DNA of 43,951 nt, taken from IMG/VR virus record IMGVR_UViG_2799112916_000001, positions 1 to 43,951 of that record; one strand, given 5' to 3'. The notes under the pieces are model-generated. The model did not search any database. It was given only the letters and a program-made list of their open reading frames with translations, and was not told the origin of the DNA. Positions 1 to 7,550 of this stretch are shown one piece after another; position 1 is the first letter of the stretch, and every line of letters starts with the position of its first letter. Source of the stretch: a virus. Position numbers and translations under genes: made by a program.

Positions 1-219
1 ATGATCTACACTCCATATGCGTACTGTAATGTGTATCTTCTTCTTATGAATGATACTACTCCAGTAAAAACAATAACATCTGTTTTTGCTAAAAACACTT
101 TATTTGGATTAGTTGAGTTATCTTCAGTCTTTGATGTTTCTGCGGAAAAAGTTTATTTCAATATTCAAGTAATTGACGGTAGTGTTTATGTAGATAATTT
201 AATTTGCACTATTTTGTAA
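1..219 (+). CDS. Silent variable C-terminal cassette 0 (5' part outside window), CBM-like beta-sandwich class
   Basis: Ends ...SVYVDNLICTIL*, like SVYLDDLSVISQ* (661 cassette) and IIYTDNWKLLYE* (expressed tip). Its TAA stop lies inside the next GTAAAAGA site (216). Confidence 0.75.
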   Translation: MIYTPYAYCNVYLLLMNDTTPVKTITSVFAKNTLFGLVELSSVFDVSAEKVYFNIQVIDGSVYVDNLICTIL

Positions 220-629
220 AAGATAAAGATATTAACTACTTCTGTTATGAAAGTGAATTAATATCCTCCAAAACATATAACATTGATTTGAATAATACAG
301 ATTTTTATTTAGAATTTATAATCCATCCTACTGCAAATAGTGATACTGCATACATCAACATTGGTGATCCTTTAAATAACCTGCAAATTGGTGATATATA
401 TGGTAATGCAAATTGTGGATTAAACTTTACTGGGGGTACTTTTTATGGGAAAGCAATTAGTATGAATGTTGATACAAAGATAACCGTAACTCGTAAAGGT
501 ACAAATGTTATTTTAACAGTTGGGGGATCTTCATATAGTATTTCAAATATGAATATTATTTGTTCTACTCTAAAAAATGTAACCATAAATGGAGAAGTTA
601 TGGAAAAACTTATTGTTTATTCTATTTAA
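216..629 (+). CDS. Silent cassette 1 (137 aa, VKDKDINYFCYE...), divergent LamG/ConA-like class
   Basis: Open frame from GTA AAA GAT AAA at 216 to TAA at 629. Ends KLIVYSI, like the other cassettes. Confidence 0.8.
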   Translation, partial: VKDKDINYFCYESELISSKTYNIDLNNTDFYLEFIIHPTANSDTAYINIGDPLNNLQIGDIYGNANCGLNFTGGTFYGKAISMNVDTKITVTRKGTNVILTVGGSSYSISNMNIICSTLKNVTINGEVMEKLIVYSI

Positions 630-660
630 GAGTGTTTCATAGGGGTTTTAACTAATTTAT

Positions 661-1080
661 GTAAAAGATAAATCTAATTTATTAGATTATAATCTTTGGA
701 GCGGTACTGATTATCTTAAAAATATAACTGGTTTCACAAAACATCCTACGTCTTCAACTGAATGGAGTGTTAATGGTGAACGAAGCTTAAAATTAACTCG
801 AACAAGGGACCAATATGATGATTATACAACTGAATGGTTTCAATCAATTCCTACAGGGAATTATTTAGTTACTCTCAAACTTTATGCTCCAAATACTAAT
901 GGGCAGGTTTCATTATTTGTAGGGGCAAATGAATCAATTTCTGTAGGTTATTCTAAATCCAATACTGTGCAAAATATATCTATATCTGTTACAGACAATA
1001 ATATAATTGGAATGAGAATATCAGTACACTCTTCTTTAGAATCAGTATACTTAGATGATTTAAGTGTAATATCTCAGTAA
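661..1080 (+). CDS. Silent cassette 2 (139 aa, VKDKSNLLDYNLWSGTDY...SVYLDDLSVISQ), CBM-like class; missed by ORF track because it has no start codon
   Basis: Hand-translated open frame 661-1080. NLWSGTDYL and SSTEWSVNGERSLK match NLWSGTDYL and SSNEWSSNFEKSIK of the expressed tip. Confidence 0.85.
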   Translation, partial: VKDKSNLLDYNLWSGTDYLKNITGFTKHPTSSTEWSVNGERSLKLTRTRDQYDDYTTEWFQSIPTGNYLVTLKLYAPNTNGQVSLFVGANESISVGYSKSNTVQNISISVTDNNIIGMRISVHSSLESVYLDDLSVISQ

Positions 1081-1550
1081 AAGATAAGAATATTAACTAT
1101 ATTGCATATGATATTGGAGTTACATCAAATTATAGTGATATTTGGCAAGATAATAACAATATGATTTCTCGTCAATCCGATGGAACAGAATTAACTGGAA
1201 ACCAATGGAATAGCATATCATTAAAATTAAACAATTCAACCAATATACCATTTACTGATGATTTATGTATTGAATTTGACTTATTGGCATTAAGTGGGAA
1301 CTTTAGAATTAATTTCAACGATGGTTCAGACCATTATTACACTTGGAATAGTTCAGACCAATATCAAGACATAGGACATTGGAAATTCATTATAAATAAT
1401 GGAAAAATCACAAGACAATTAGATGATGGACAAGTGTATGATTTAAGCACTTTCGACAACACAGTAAGTACATTTACTTTTATGTTATATGCTTATCAAA
1501 ATTTCCAATTTGCTAAATTTACTAATTTTCAAATATATCAAAGTCAGTAA
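1077..1550 (+). CDS. Silent cassette 3 (157 aa, VKDKNINYIAYDIG...), LamG/ConA-like
   Basis: ORF-track 1161..1550 extends in frame to the site at 1077. Motifs YDIG, IEFD, HWKF, FTNFQIY. Confidence 0.85.
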   Translation, partial: VKDKNINYIAYDIGVTSNYSDIWQDNNNMISRQSDGTELTGNQWNSISLKLNNSTNIPFTDDLCIEFDLLALSGNFRINFNDGSDHYYTWNSSDQYQDIGHWKFIINNGKITRQLDDGQVYDLSTFDNTVSTFTFMLYAYQNFQFAKFTNFQIYQSQ

Positions 1551-2053
1551 AAGATAAAGATTTGAATTATTTATCTTATGATATAGGAGTATTATCCAAC
1601 AATAATGCAGGTTATTGGACTGGTAAAGATGATAGGATTACAAGTGAACTAACATCTACTGGAACAGTTTTAACAGGAAATAACAGTAATTTATACAATT
1701 GTTATCTTGGAACATCATCTACATCCGGACAAACTTGTTATCAGGGAAAATTATGTGTTGAATTTGATGTTGTGTCAGTAACAAGCGCAAATAGTATAAG
1801 ACCCCAATTAACAAATGGAACAACAAAAACATCTACATTTTATTTAAATGAGTTAGGGGTTGTTGCTGGAGATCATATTAAAATTGTTGTAGAAAATGAT
1901 TATGTAGATTGGTATATTGGTAATGCAGTTAATCCAGTTAAACATGATACTGTTACTTTTAGCGAAACAACATATGCTATTGGTTTCAGGGGGAAATATC
2001 CATCTGTTTTTAAATTCAGAAATTTTATAGTTTATTCTAATTTAAATATGTAA
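1547..2053 (+). CDS. Silent cassette 4 (168 aa, VKDKDLNYLSYDIG...), LamG/ConA-like
   Basis: ORF 1562..2053 extends in frame to 1547. Motifs YDIG, CVEFD, DHIKI, FRNFIVY. Confidence 0.85.
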   Translation, partial: VKDKDLNYLSYDIGVLSNNNAGYWTGKDDRITSELTSTGTVLTGNNSNLYNCYLGTSSTSGQTCYQGKLCVEFDVVSVTSANSIRPQLTNGTTKTSTFYLNELGVVAGDHIKIVVENDYVDWYIGNAVNPVKHDTVTFSETTYAIGFRGKYPSVFKFRNFIVYSNLNM

Positions 2054-2511
2054 AAGATAAAGATATCAATTATCTATTTTATGATATTGGAGTAACTAGT
2101 AATCACAACGATAACTATTCATTAAGCAACATAATTAAATCAGTTGATAATGGAGTTAAATTCACAAATGATACTTCAGTAGGATATGCTTATTTCAAAA
2201 ATGGGGACTCCTTCAATTATCCAATAACATTAGAATTTGATTATTTAGATGCTTCCAATAGGTCAAATGTAGGTATTGATTTGCATACTGATGGAATACA
2301 CAGATGGACTTTTGGAGAGTTTAAACTTAACACAGATACTCATGTTAAACTCATATATGATGGGGAGCACATAACCCCTTATATGGATGGTTCTATTATA
2401 TCAACTGGAATACAAGAGCAATCTGCATTAACTAATTTTAAATTAGGATTTTATGTTAGAAATGATGGTTACCTTAAACTAAAAAATTTAATTGTATACT
2501 CTAATCAGTAA
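2050..2511 (+). CDS. Silent cassette 5 (153 aa, VKDKDINYLFYDIG...), LamG/ConA-like
   Basis: ORF 2281..2511 extends in frame to 2050. Motifs LEFD, THVKL, YMDG, LKNLIVY. Confidence 0.85.
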   Translation, partial: VKDKDINYLFYDIGVTSNHNDNYSLSNIIKSVDNGVKFTNDTSVGYAYFKNGDSFNYPITLEFDYLDASNRSNVGIDLHTDGIHRWTFGEFKLNTDTHVKLIYDGEHITPYMDGSIISTGIQEQSALTNFKLGFYVRNDGYLKLKNLIVYSNQ

Positions 2512-2978
2512 AAGATAAAGATTTAAATTATATCTTTTATGATGTTGGAACAACTACAAATTACAATAATTGGACTAACACTTGGTCTGCTATATTGACC
2601 CGTGGTTCAGAATACAGTACAATCGAAGTTGATACTGGACAATCATTAGCAACATATTACAAGTCTGTATCTGGCGATAATATCTGTTTTGAGATTGATG
2701 TAATGACTACACAAGCAACAAACAAAGGATTGATTACTTGGAGAAAAGTAACAACAGTACAAGGGTCATTTGTATTATCAGAGTTTAATCTTTCTGCAAA
2801 TACTTGGTATCATTTTAAAATTGAGTTAAAAGACAAAATGTATGTTTATGTTGATGGAGTAGCACAAACACCTAAAAATTATACAAATGATTATGATAAA
2901 TTCTGCATACATTGTTCAAGTGAGGGCGCTACAAATCTTAAAACATACTTTAAAAATTTTATGATATATGGAATATAA
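2508..2978 (+). CDS. Silent cassette 6 (156 aa, VKDKDLNYIFYDVG...), LamG/ConA-like
   Basis: ORF 2595..2978 extends in frame to 2508. Motifs CFEID, WYHFKI, YVDG, FKNFMIY. Confidence 0.85.
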   Translation, partial: VKDKDLNYIFYDVGTTTNYNNWTNTWSAILTRGSEYSTIEVDTGQSLATYYKSVSGDNICFEIDVMTTQATNKGLITWRKVTTVQGSFVLSEFNLSANTWYHFKIELKDKMYVYVDGVAQTPKNYTNDYDKFCIHCSSEGATNLKTYFKNFMIYGI

Positions 2979-2982
2979 GACA

Positions 2983-3486
2983 GTAAAAGATAGAAGTTAT
3001 CATGGTTGGAATTTATTATGGTATGATTTAGCAGAGGATAACACAAAGGAGTCAAGTTGGTATATAGACATTACAAACACTTCTGTTTCATATGATAGAA
3101 ATGGAAGAACAGTTACAAAAATAGATAACAGTACAACTTGGAGATATTTCTATTATAACTCCAATGCAATTTCTACAACAACGGTGGGAACTAAATATAC
3201 TATTCCGACTGGAAATGTTATAGAATTTGAGATTACTGCGATAACTGGAAGTGTTGTCTTTGATGTTTTAGATAATTTAAATAATCACTTGGATAATCAA
3301 GGAGCAACACAAACTGGACATTATAAGATTGTACTTGATGGAACAGACTGTAAAATGTACAAAGATAATGCTACAACTCCATATGCAACAAAAACAATGA
3401 ATGGAACAAATGTAAGGTTCGGATTTATATTCAATGCTTACAATGAAAGCATTACTTATAAGAATTTCTTAATTTATACTCCGTAA
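2983..3486 (+). CDS. Silent cassette 7 (167 aa, VKDRSYHGWNLLWYD...), LamG/ConA-like
   Basis: In frame from GTA AAA GAT AGA at 2983. Motifs IEFE, HYKIV, YKNFLIY. Confidence 0.85.
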   Translation, partial: VKDRSYHGWNLLWYDLAEDNTKESSWYIDITNTSVSYDRNGRTVTKIDNSTTWRYFYYNSNAISTTTVGTKYTIPTGNVIEFEITAITGSVVFDVLDNLNNHLDNQGATQTGHYKIVLDGTDCKMYKDNATTPYATKTMNGTNVRFGFIFNAYNESITYKNFLIYTP

Positions 3487-3956
3487 AAGATAAAACTTTA
3501 ACTTATACTTTTTATGATATTGGAACATCTACAAATTATGCCCCCTGGACTAATTCGGATTTTACTGATGGTAAGCTCAATCGTGGAAACGATTATACGA
3601 TTCTAACTCCACAAGATAGTTTCAATGAACAGGATAAAATTATATCAATGAATGTTTGTATAGAATTTGATGTGAATACTTCATTTACTGCCAATAATCC
3701 TATTTTTAGATTTAGAAAGAATAGATGGGCTAGTATTAATGCAGATTTTGATTCAAATGGATTAAGTATGTCTACTGATGTATGGTATCATATAAAATTT
3801 GTTGCTACATCAAGTAAGATTACTCCATTTGTAGATGGAGTTGAAAAGCAATATAAAACTCCAAACGATACATTTGATACGTTTATGATTGCTTTAAATA
3901 ATGGTTCAATTTCAAATATGAAATATAAAAATTTTATAGTGTATGAAATTCAGTAA
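3483..3956 (+). CDS. Silent cassette 8 (157 aa, VKDKTLTYTFYDIG...), LamG/ConA-like
   Basis: ORF 3648..3956 extends in frame to 3483. Motifs CIEFD, WYHIKF, FVDG, YKNFIVY. Confidence 0.85.
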   Translation, partial: VKDKTLTYTFYDIGTSTNYAPWTNSDFTDGKLNRGNDYTILTPQDSFNEQDKIISMNVCIEFDVNTSFTANNPIFRFRKNRWASINADFDSNGLSMSTDVWYHIKFVATSSKITPFVDGVEKQYKTPNDTFDTFMIALNNGSISNMKYKNFIVYEIQ

Positions 3957-4366
3957 AAGATAAAGACAAAACATACCTGTTATATGATCTACCTGAAACC
4001 GTAATTACAACTAAAAATTATTTTTTATCTACCGATAATGATTATTATGATTTTGAAGTACCATTTAAAATTGAATATGATATAGCAAATATTATTAATC
4101 CATCTAATTTTAGATTTAGAGTATATCAAAAAGATGGAGCTGCAAATCAAACAATGGTGGATAGTTTAACACAATATGGTATTTCTGATACAAAATATCA
4201 TCATGTAAATGTTACTATACTTCAAAATAAGTATAGTGTTGTTGTTGATAATGTAATGGTTATAAATAAGGATACAAATTTCACAGATAAATTGCGTGTT
4301 AATTTTACAAGAACAAATACTTCTTCTTCATCTAAAGTTAAAAATATGGTAATTTATCATGATTAA
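3953..4366 (+). CDS. Silent cassette 9 (137 aa, VKDKDKTYLLYD...), LamG/ConA-like
   Basis: ORF 4154..4366 extends in frame to 3953. Motifs IEYD, YHHVNV, VVDN, VKNMVIY. Confidence 0.85.
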   Translation, partial: VKDKDKTYLLYDLPETVITTKNYFLSTDNDYYDFEVPFKIEYDIANIINPSNFRFRVYQKDGAANQTMVDSLTQYGISDTKYHHVNVTILQNKYSVVVDNVMVINKDTNFTDKLRVNFTRTNTSSSSKVKNMVIYHD

Positions 4367-4377
4367 CGATTAGGTTT

Positions 4378-4857
4378 GTAAAAGATAAGAATAAAAATTA
4401 TATTTTCTGGGATATTGGTAGATCATCAAATTATAATGTTTGGGATAATGTAACTTATTCTGCAAGTGAAATCAATCGTGGAGATGATTTTACCACATTA
4501 ACCCCCGATAGTGATTGGGAAAGGGTAGACAAGACAATATCAGATGATAATGATTTCATAATGGAATTTGATATTAACTATAATTATTCTACCAGTTTTA
4601 GTTCAATTAGATATTATGATGGTAGTACTGGTAAAACAAGTTGGGATATGTTAAATGAGTTAGGATTAATTAGTGGAAATTGGTATCATATTAAATTAGA
4701 GAGAAATGGAAATACAATTACTCCAACAGTAGATGGAGTAACATTAACCAACAGAGCAAAGACATTTACTGGGAGCATTAATAAATTCAGTATAATTACA
4801 GATAACACAAAATGTACTAATATAAAGTATAAGAATTTTATATTTTATTCTATCTAA
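4378..4857 (+). CDS. Silent cassette 10 (159 aa, VKDKNKNYIFWDIG...), LamG/ConA-like
   Basis: ORF 4561..4857 extends in frame to 4378. Motifs MEFD, WYHIKL, TVDG, YKNFIFY. Confidence 0.85.
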   Translation, partial: VKDKNKNYIFWDIGRSSNYNVWDNVTYSASEINRGDDFTTLTPDSDWERVDKTISDDNDFIMEFDINYNYSTSFSSIRYYDGSTGKTSWDMLNELGLISGNWYHIKLERNGNTITPTVDGVTLTNRAKTFTGSINKFSIITDNTKCTNIKYKNFIFYSI

Positions 4858-4860
4858 TTT

Positions 4861-5301
4861 GTAAAAGATAAGAACAATTTATTAGATTTTAACTATTGGA
4901 CTATGGGAGATACAGGAGTAAAACCTGTCTTAACAACATGGGGATATTTTACTTCTGAAATATCAATAGAACATGCAACTAATGGAGATAAATGTGTAAA
5001 ATTAACATTAACAAATAATTCTGAGAAATATTTTAGTTTTAGAAATTCAGAATGTATTGGTAAAAAAGTAAATTGGAGAGTAGATTTATATGCTCCTGAT
5101 TCTGTGAAATTAGTCATATATTATTATACAACTACTTGGATAACTGCATCTTCAGTAATAGTTCCCTCTGGAGCATCTACTACTACATTATCTGCAACAA
5201 TTCCATCTAATGCAACAAATATATGGTATAGAGTGGAATGTGGTAATCTAACTACAGGAGATGTTATTTTCACAGATAATTGGAGATTATTCATAGAGTA
5301 A
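4861..5301 (+). CDS. Silent cassette 11 (146 aa, VKDKNNLLDFNYW...VIFTDNWRLFIE), CBM-like class, tail-to-tail with expressed tip
   Basis: ORF 4903..5301 extends in frame to 4861. Its C-terminus parallels IIYTDNWKLLYE of the minus-strand gene, which it overlaps by 15 nt. Confidence 0.85.
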   Translation, partial: VKDKNNLLDFNYWTMGDTGVKPVLTTWGYFTSEISIEHATNGDKCVKLTLTNNSEKYFSFRNSECIGKKVNWRVDLYAPDSVKLVIYYYTTTWITASSVIVPSGASTTTLSATIPSNATNIWYRVECGNLTTGDVIFTDNWRLFIE

Positions 5302-5313
5302 TTTCCAATTATC
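5275..5313. repeat. 16-bp imperfect inverted repeat at the convergence point of cassette 11 and the expressed tip
   Basis: GATAATTGGAGATTAT (5275-5290), loop TCATAGA, GTAATTTCCAATTATC (5298-5313); 14 of 16 positions match. Confidence 0.75.
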
Positions 5314-6657
5314 AGTATAGATAATTCCACTAGTATTATTTGCAATTCTGAGTTGTAGTTGTGTTTCAGATCCTGTGAATTCATCACTTGTTATTCTTGC
5401 AGTTATTGTTTGTGTTGTTGTTGATGGTGCGAAACTTGCTGATTTCATAATAGTGTTGGTACTGTTTGGTTGGTCTCTTGCTATGAGGTATAGTATTCCA
5501 TGACATTGTGATGTTACATCAACACTTCCAGTATATGACTTTGTCCGGTCTAAATTGTATTTGAAAAATACGGTATAGTCACCTGCGGATAGGTCTGATT
5601 TTATGCTTTTCTCAAAATTTGAAGACCATTCATTTGATGAAACAACGTTGGTAAATCCTTTTGAGCATGAGAATTGGATATTATCATCTTTTTCAGCTGA
5701 AACAATTCCAAGATAATCTGTTCCGCTCCAAAGGTTGACTCCGCATAAGTTCCGTTTCTCTTTTACAAACATAGTCAAATCATCACTGCACTTATTGATT
5801 TTCACATCACTAAAGTAAGTGGTGGTTAAGTCTCCGGTTAATACAAAGCAGAAACTGAAATAACTCATTGCAGCGGATAATGTAACACTTGCTGTACTGA
5901 CAGCTTTAGTATCCAAATTAACTGCTTTGATGAAAACATCAGTACCTAATACGTTAATGTAGAATTTGTACCATTGACCATTGCTTGCATCTGTTAATCC
6001 TAATTGTGATAAGGTTATTCCATTCAATGTACCAGTCACAGTACCTGAACTGTTGGTTTCTATGAGGCCACAGAAACTATCGCTTGCTGCTGCGTCTACA
6101 AGTTTGGCTTTGAAACTGATTTCAGTATAACCTGATAAAACTGGACTATAAAGTAAGCTATCAAGACTGTCATCATCTTTATAGATCAATGTGTAGTCAT
6201 GGTAGATTTCCTGTACGATATTGCCTGAATTACCCCATGTAGCAGTATTATTAAGAATAGCCCCATCATGGAAGAGATAATCTTGTGATAATTTTGCTTG
6301 AACGCTGAAGATATCGGAATCTTCCAATCTGAAGTTATAGTATGCTTCTCCGTTTAGGTCAGTTATTCCTTGACCTATGACTTCACGTGTTTTGCGGTTC
6401 ACGAAATCTACGGGTACACCATAACAATTATTACTGTTACTGTCTGTTACTTTGGCTTTCAAAGTACCCACATCAGCAGTTGTAATCGCATTATTCGGAG
6501 TGGTTAAAGCAACATTTGCTGGTTCAGGTAAACCCACATGCAGTACACTATTATTATCCACAGTCACAAAGTTTTCAAGTATTTCTTTTGTCTGATCCCT
6601 ATCAAAGAAATGATTATTAATCATTTGTCTTAAATTATGTTGTTCTATATTAGGCAT
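5287..6657 (-). CDS. Adhesin/receptor-binding tail protein: constant part (297 aa; Ig-like Big domain + LamG-like domain) fused to a variable 159-aa CBM-like tip starting at FVKEK
   Basis: Ig-like motif TLKAKVTDSN...GVPVDF...GITDLNGEAYYNF. LamG-like YLFHDG...WYKFYI...FSDVKI. Tip homologous to cassettes 2 and 11. Last gene of the tail-fibre block. Confidence 0.8.
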   Translation of the reverse strand: MPNIEQHNLRQMINNHFFDRDQTKEILENFVTVDNNSVLHVGLPEPANVALTTPNNAITTADVGTLKAKVTDSNSNNCYGVPVDFVNRKTREVIGQGITDLNGEAYYNFRLEDSDIFSVQAKLSQDYLFHDGAILNNTATWGNSGNIVQEIYHDYTLIYKDDDSLDSLLYSPVLSGYTEISFKAKLVDAAASDSFCGLIETNSSGTVTGTLNGITLSQLGLTDASNGQWYKFYINVLGTDVFIKAVNLDTKAVSTASVTLSAAMSYFSFCFVLTGDLTTTYFSDVKINKCSDDLTMFVKEKRNLCGVNLWSGTDYLGIVSAEKDDNIQFSCSKGFTNVVSSNEWSSNFEKSIKSDLSAGDYTVFFKYNLDRTKSYTGSVDVTSQCHGILYLIARDQPNSTNTIMKSASFAPSTTTQTITARITSDEFTGSETQLQLRIANNTSGIIYTDNWKLLYE

Positions 6658-6677
6658 GAAAAATCCTCCTCTAATTT

Positions 6678-7544
6678 TTAGTAGTGGTATAATATGTTCT
6701 GGCGAATGTTAATACCAGTGTCTTTGTTTCCTTTACCGCTTATGTTATGTACACAGATGCTCCCGTCGGTTTCCACACGAAATACGAAATCTCCCCTGTA
6801 GAATGGTTGGCCCACACGTCCATTTGGTTGGTATGCTTCCGGTATTGCTCCGGCTGTGTGAAGATATATTGACCCGTTGGTTGCTGCACCTACAATCCAG
6901 TATGGGCTTGGATTGTTATCCTTGTTTTTACTGTCTTTACTGGAAGCCACTCCTTTTTTAACAGAAGTACGACTATATGTGACTCTTGCTAATCTTAATG
7001 CTTGATTGACATATAAATTACAATAATTTGCTACATTATTATGACCTGATAATGTGATTTTTTCCCATTTGCAGATGTTAGTTACTGCTTCGTCAATCTT
7101 GTCGGATAAGACTTTTCCTTGATAAGCTGCTAATGCTTCACCATCAATGTAATTGCTGCTTGTTAAGTTATTAATGAGTTTGTTATGTCCATAATTAGCA
7201 GGTGTTCCTTTGCCGTATACATCTTGTGGAGTGGCGTGATTGATTTGTGCATATTCACTGTGACTGTGTAATGCACGTGCAAAATCTGCTGGAACATAAC
7301 CTTGGAATCTTGTTGCATTGATTGTTAATGTTTCACTTGCATTCAATAGGATTGTGGTTAGTTCTTCTCTGTCGATGTAGGTGTCATCCATTTCCAGTAC
7401 TTTTTCAGCGATTTCTTTTAATTTGGATTCACTTGTGATGACAATATTGTCGATGTTTTCTCCTTCTTCGCTGTATAATTTTACTTCAGCACCCATCATT
7501 CCTGTTTCTGTTTCATAGAAAATTCTTGTCTTATAATCCACCAT
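6678..7544 (-). CDS. Tail fibre-like protein
   Basis: HSHSEY/NHAT...YGHNKL...ALAAYQGKVLSDKID motifs are typical of tail-fibre segments; position after the baseplate genes. Confidence 0.55.
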   Translation of the reverse strand: MVDYKTRIFYETETGMMGAEVKLYSEEGENIDNIVITSESKLKEIAEKVLEMDDTYIDREELTTILLNASETLTINATRFQGYVPADFARALHSHSEYAQINHATPQDVYGKGTPANYGHNKLINNLTSSNYIDGEALAAYQGKVLSDKIDEAVTNICKWEKITLSGHNNVANYCNLYVNQALRLARVTYSRTSVKKGVASSKDSKNKDNNPSPYWIVGAATNGSIYLHTAGAIPEAYQPNGRVGQPFYRGDFVFRVETDGSICVHNISGKGNKDTGINIRQNILYHY

Positions 7545-7550
7545 AAATTA

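Larger units (their letters stand above)
216..5766. repeat. Dispersed putative recombination sites GTAAAAGA(TAA): + strand at 216, 661, 1077, 1547, 2050, 2508, 2983, 3483, 3953, 4378, 4861; inverted copy on - strand at 5766-5759 inside the adhesin gene
   Basis: Read directly. 10 of 11 plus-strand copies are GTAAAAGATAA and one is GTAAAAGATAG (2983). The minus-strand copy is GTAAAAGAGAA. All are in the reading frame V-K-D/E. Confidence 0.9.

Noticed and set aside
216-4868. Regularly spaced repeats read as a CRISPR array
   Set aside because: The repeats are only about 10 bp, the spacing is 416-503 bp, and the intervening DNA consists of intact paralogous ORFs.
216-5301. Plus-strand polyprotein made by serial -1 frameshifting at G-TAA-AAG
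   Set aside because: Four junctions have separate stops and spacers (31, 4, 11 and 3 nt), there is no X XXY YYZ heptamer at the sites, and it would not explain the inverted in-frame site in the adhesin gene. Not formally excluded.
1-6657. Diversity-generating retroelement
   Set aside because: No reverse transcriptase in the window and no near-identical TR/VR pair differing only at adenines; the cassettes are highly diverged.
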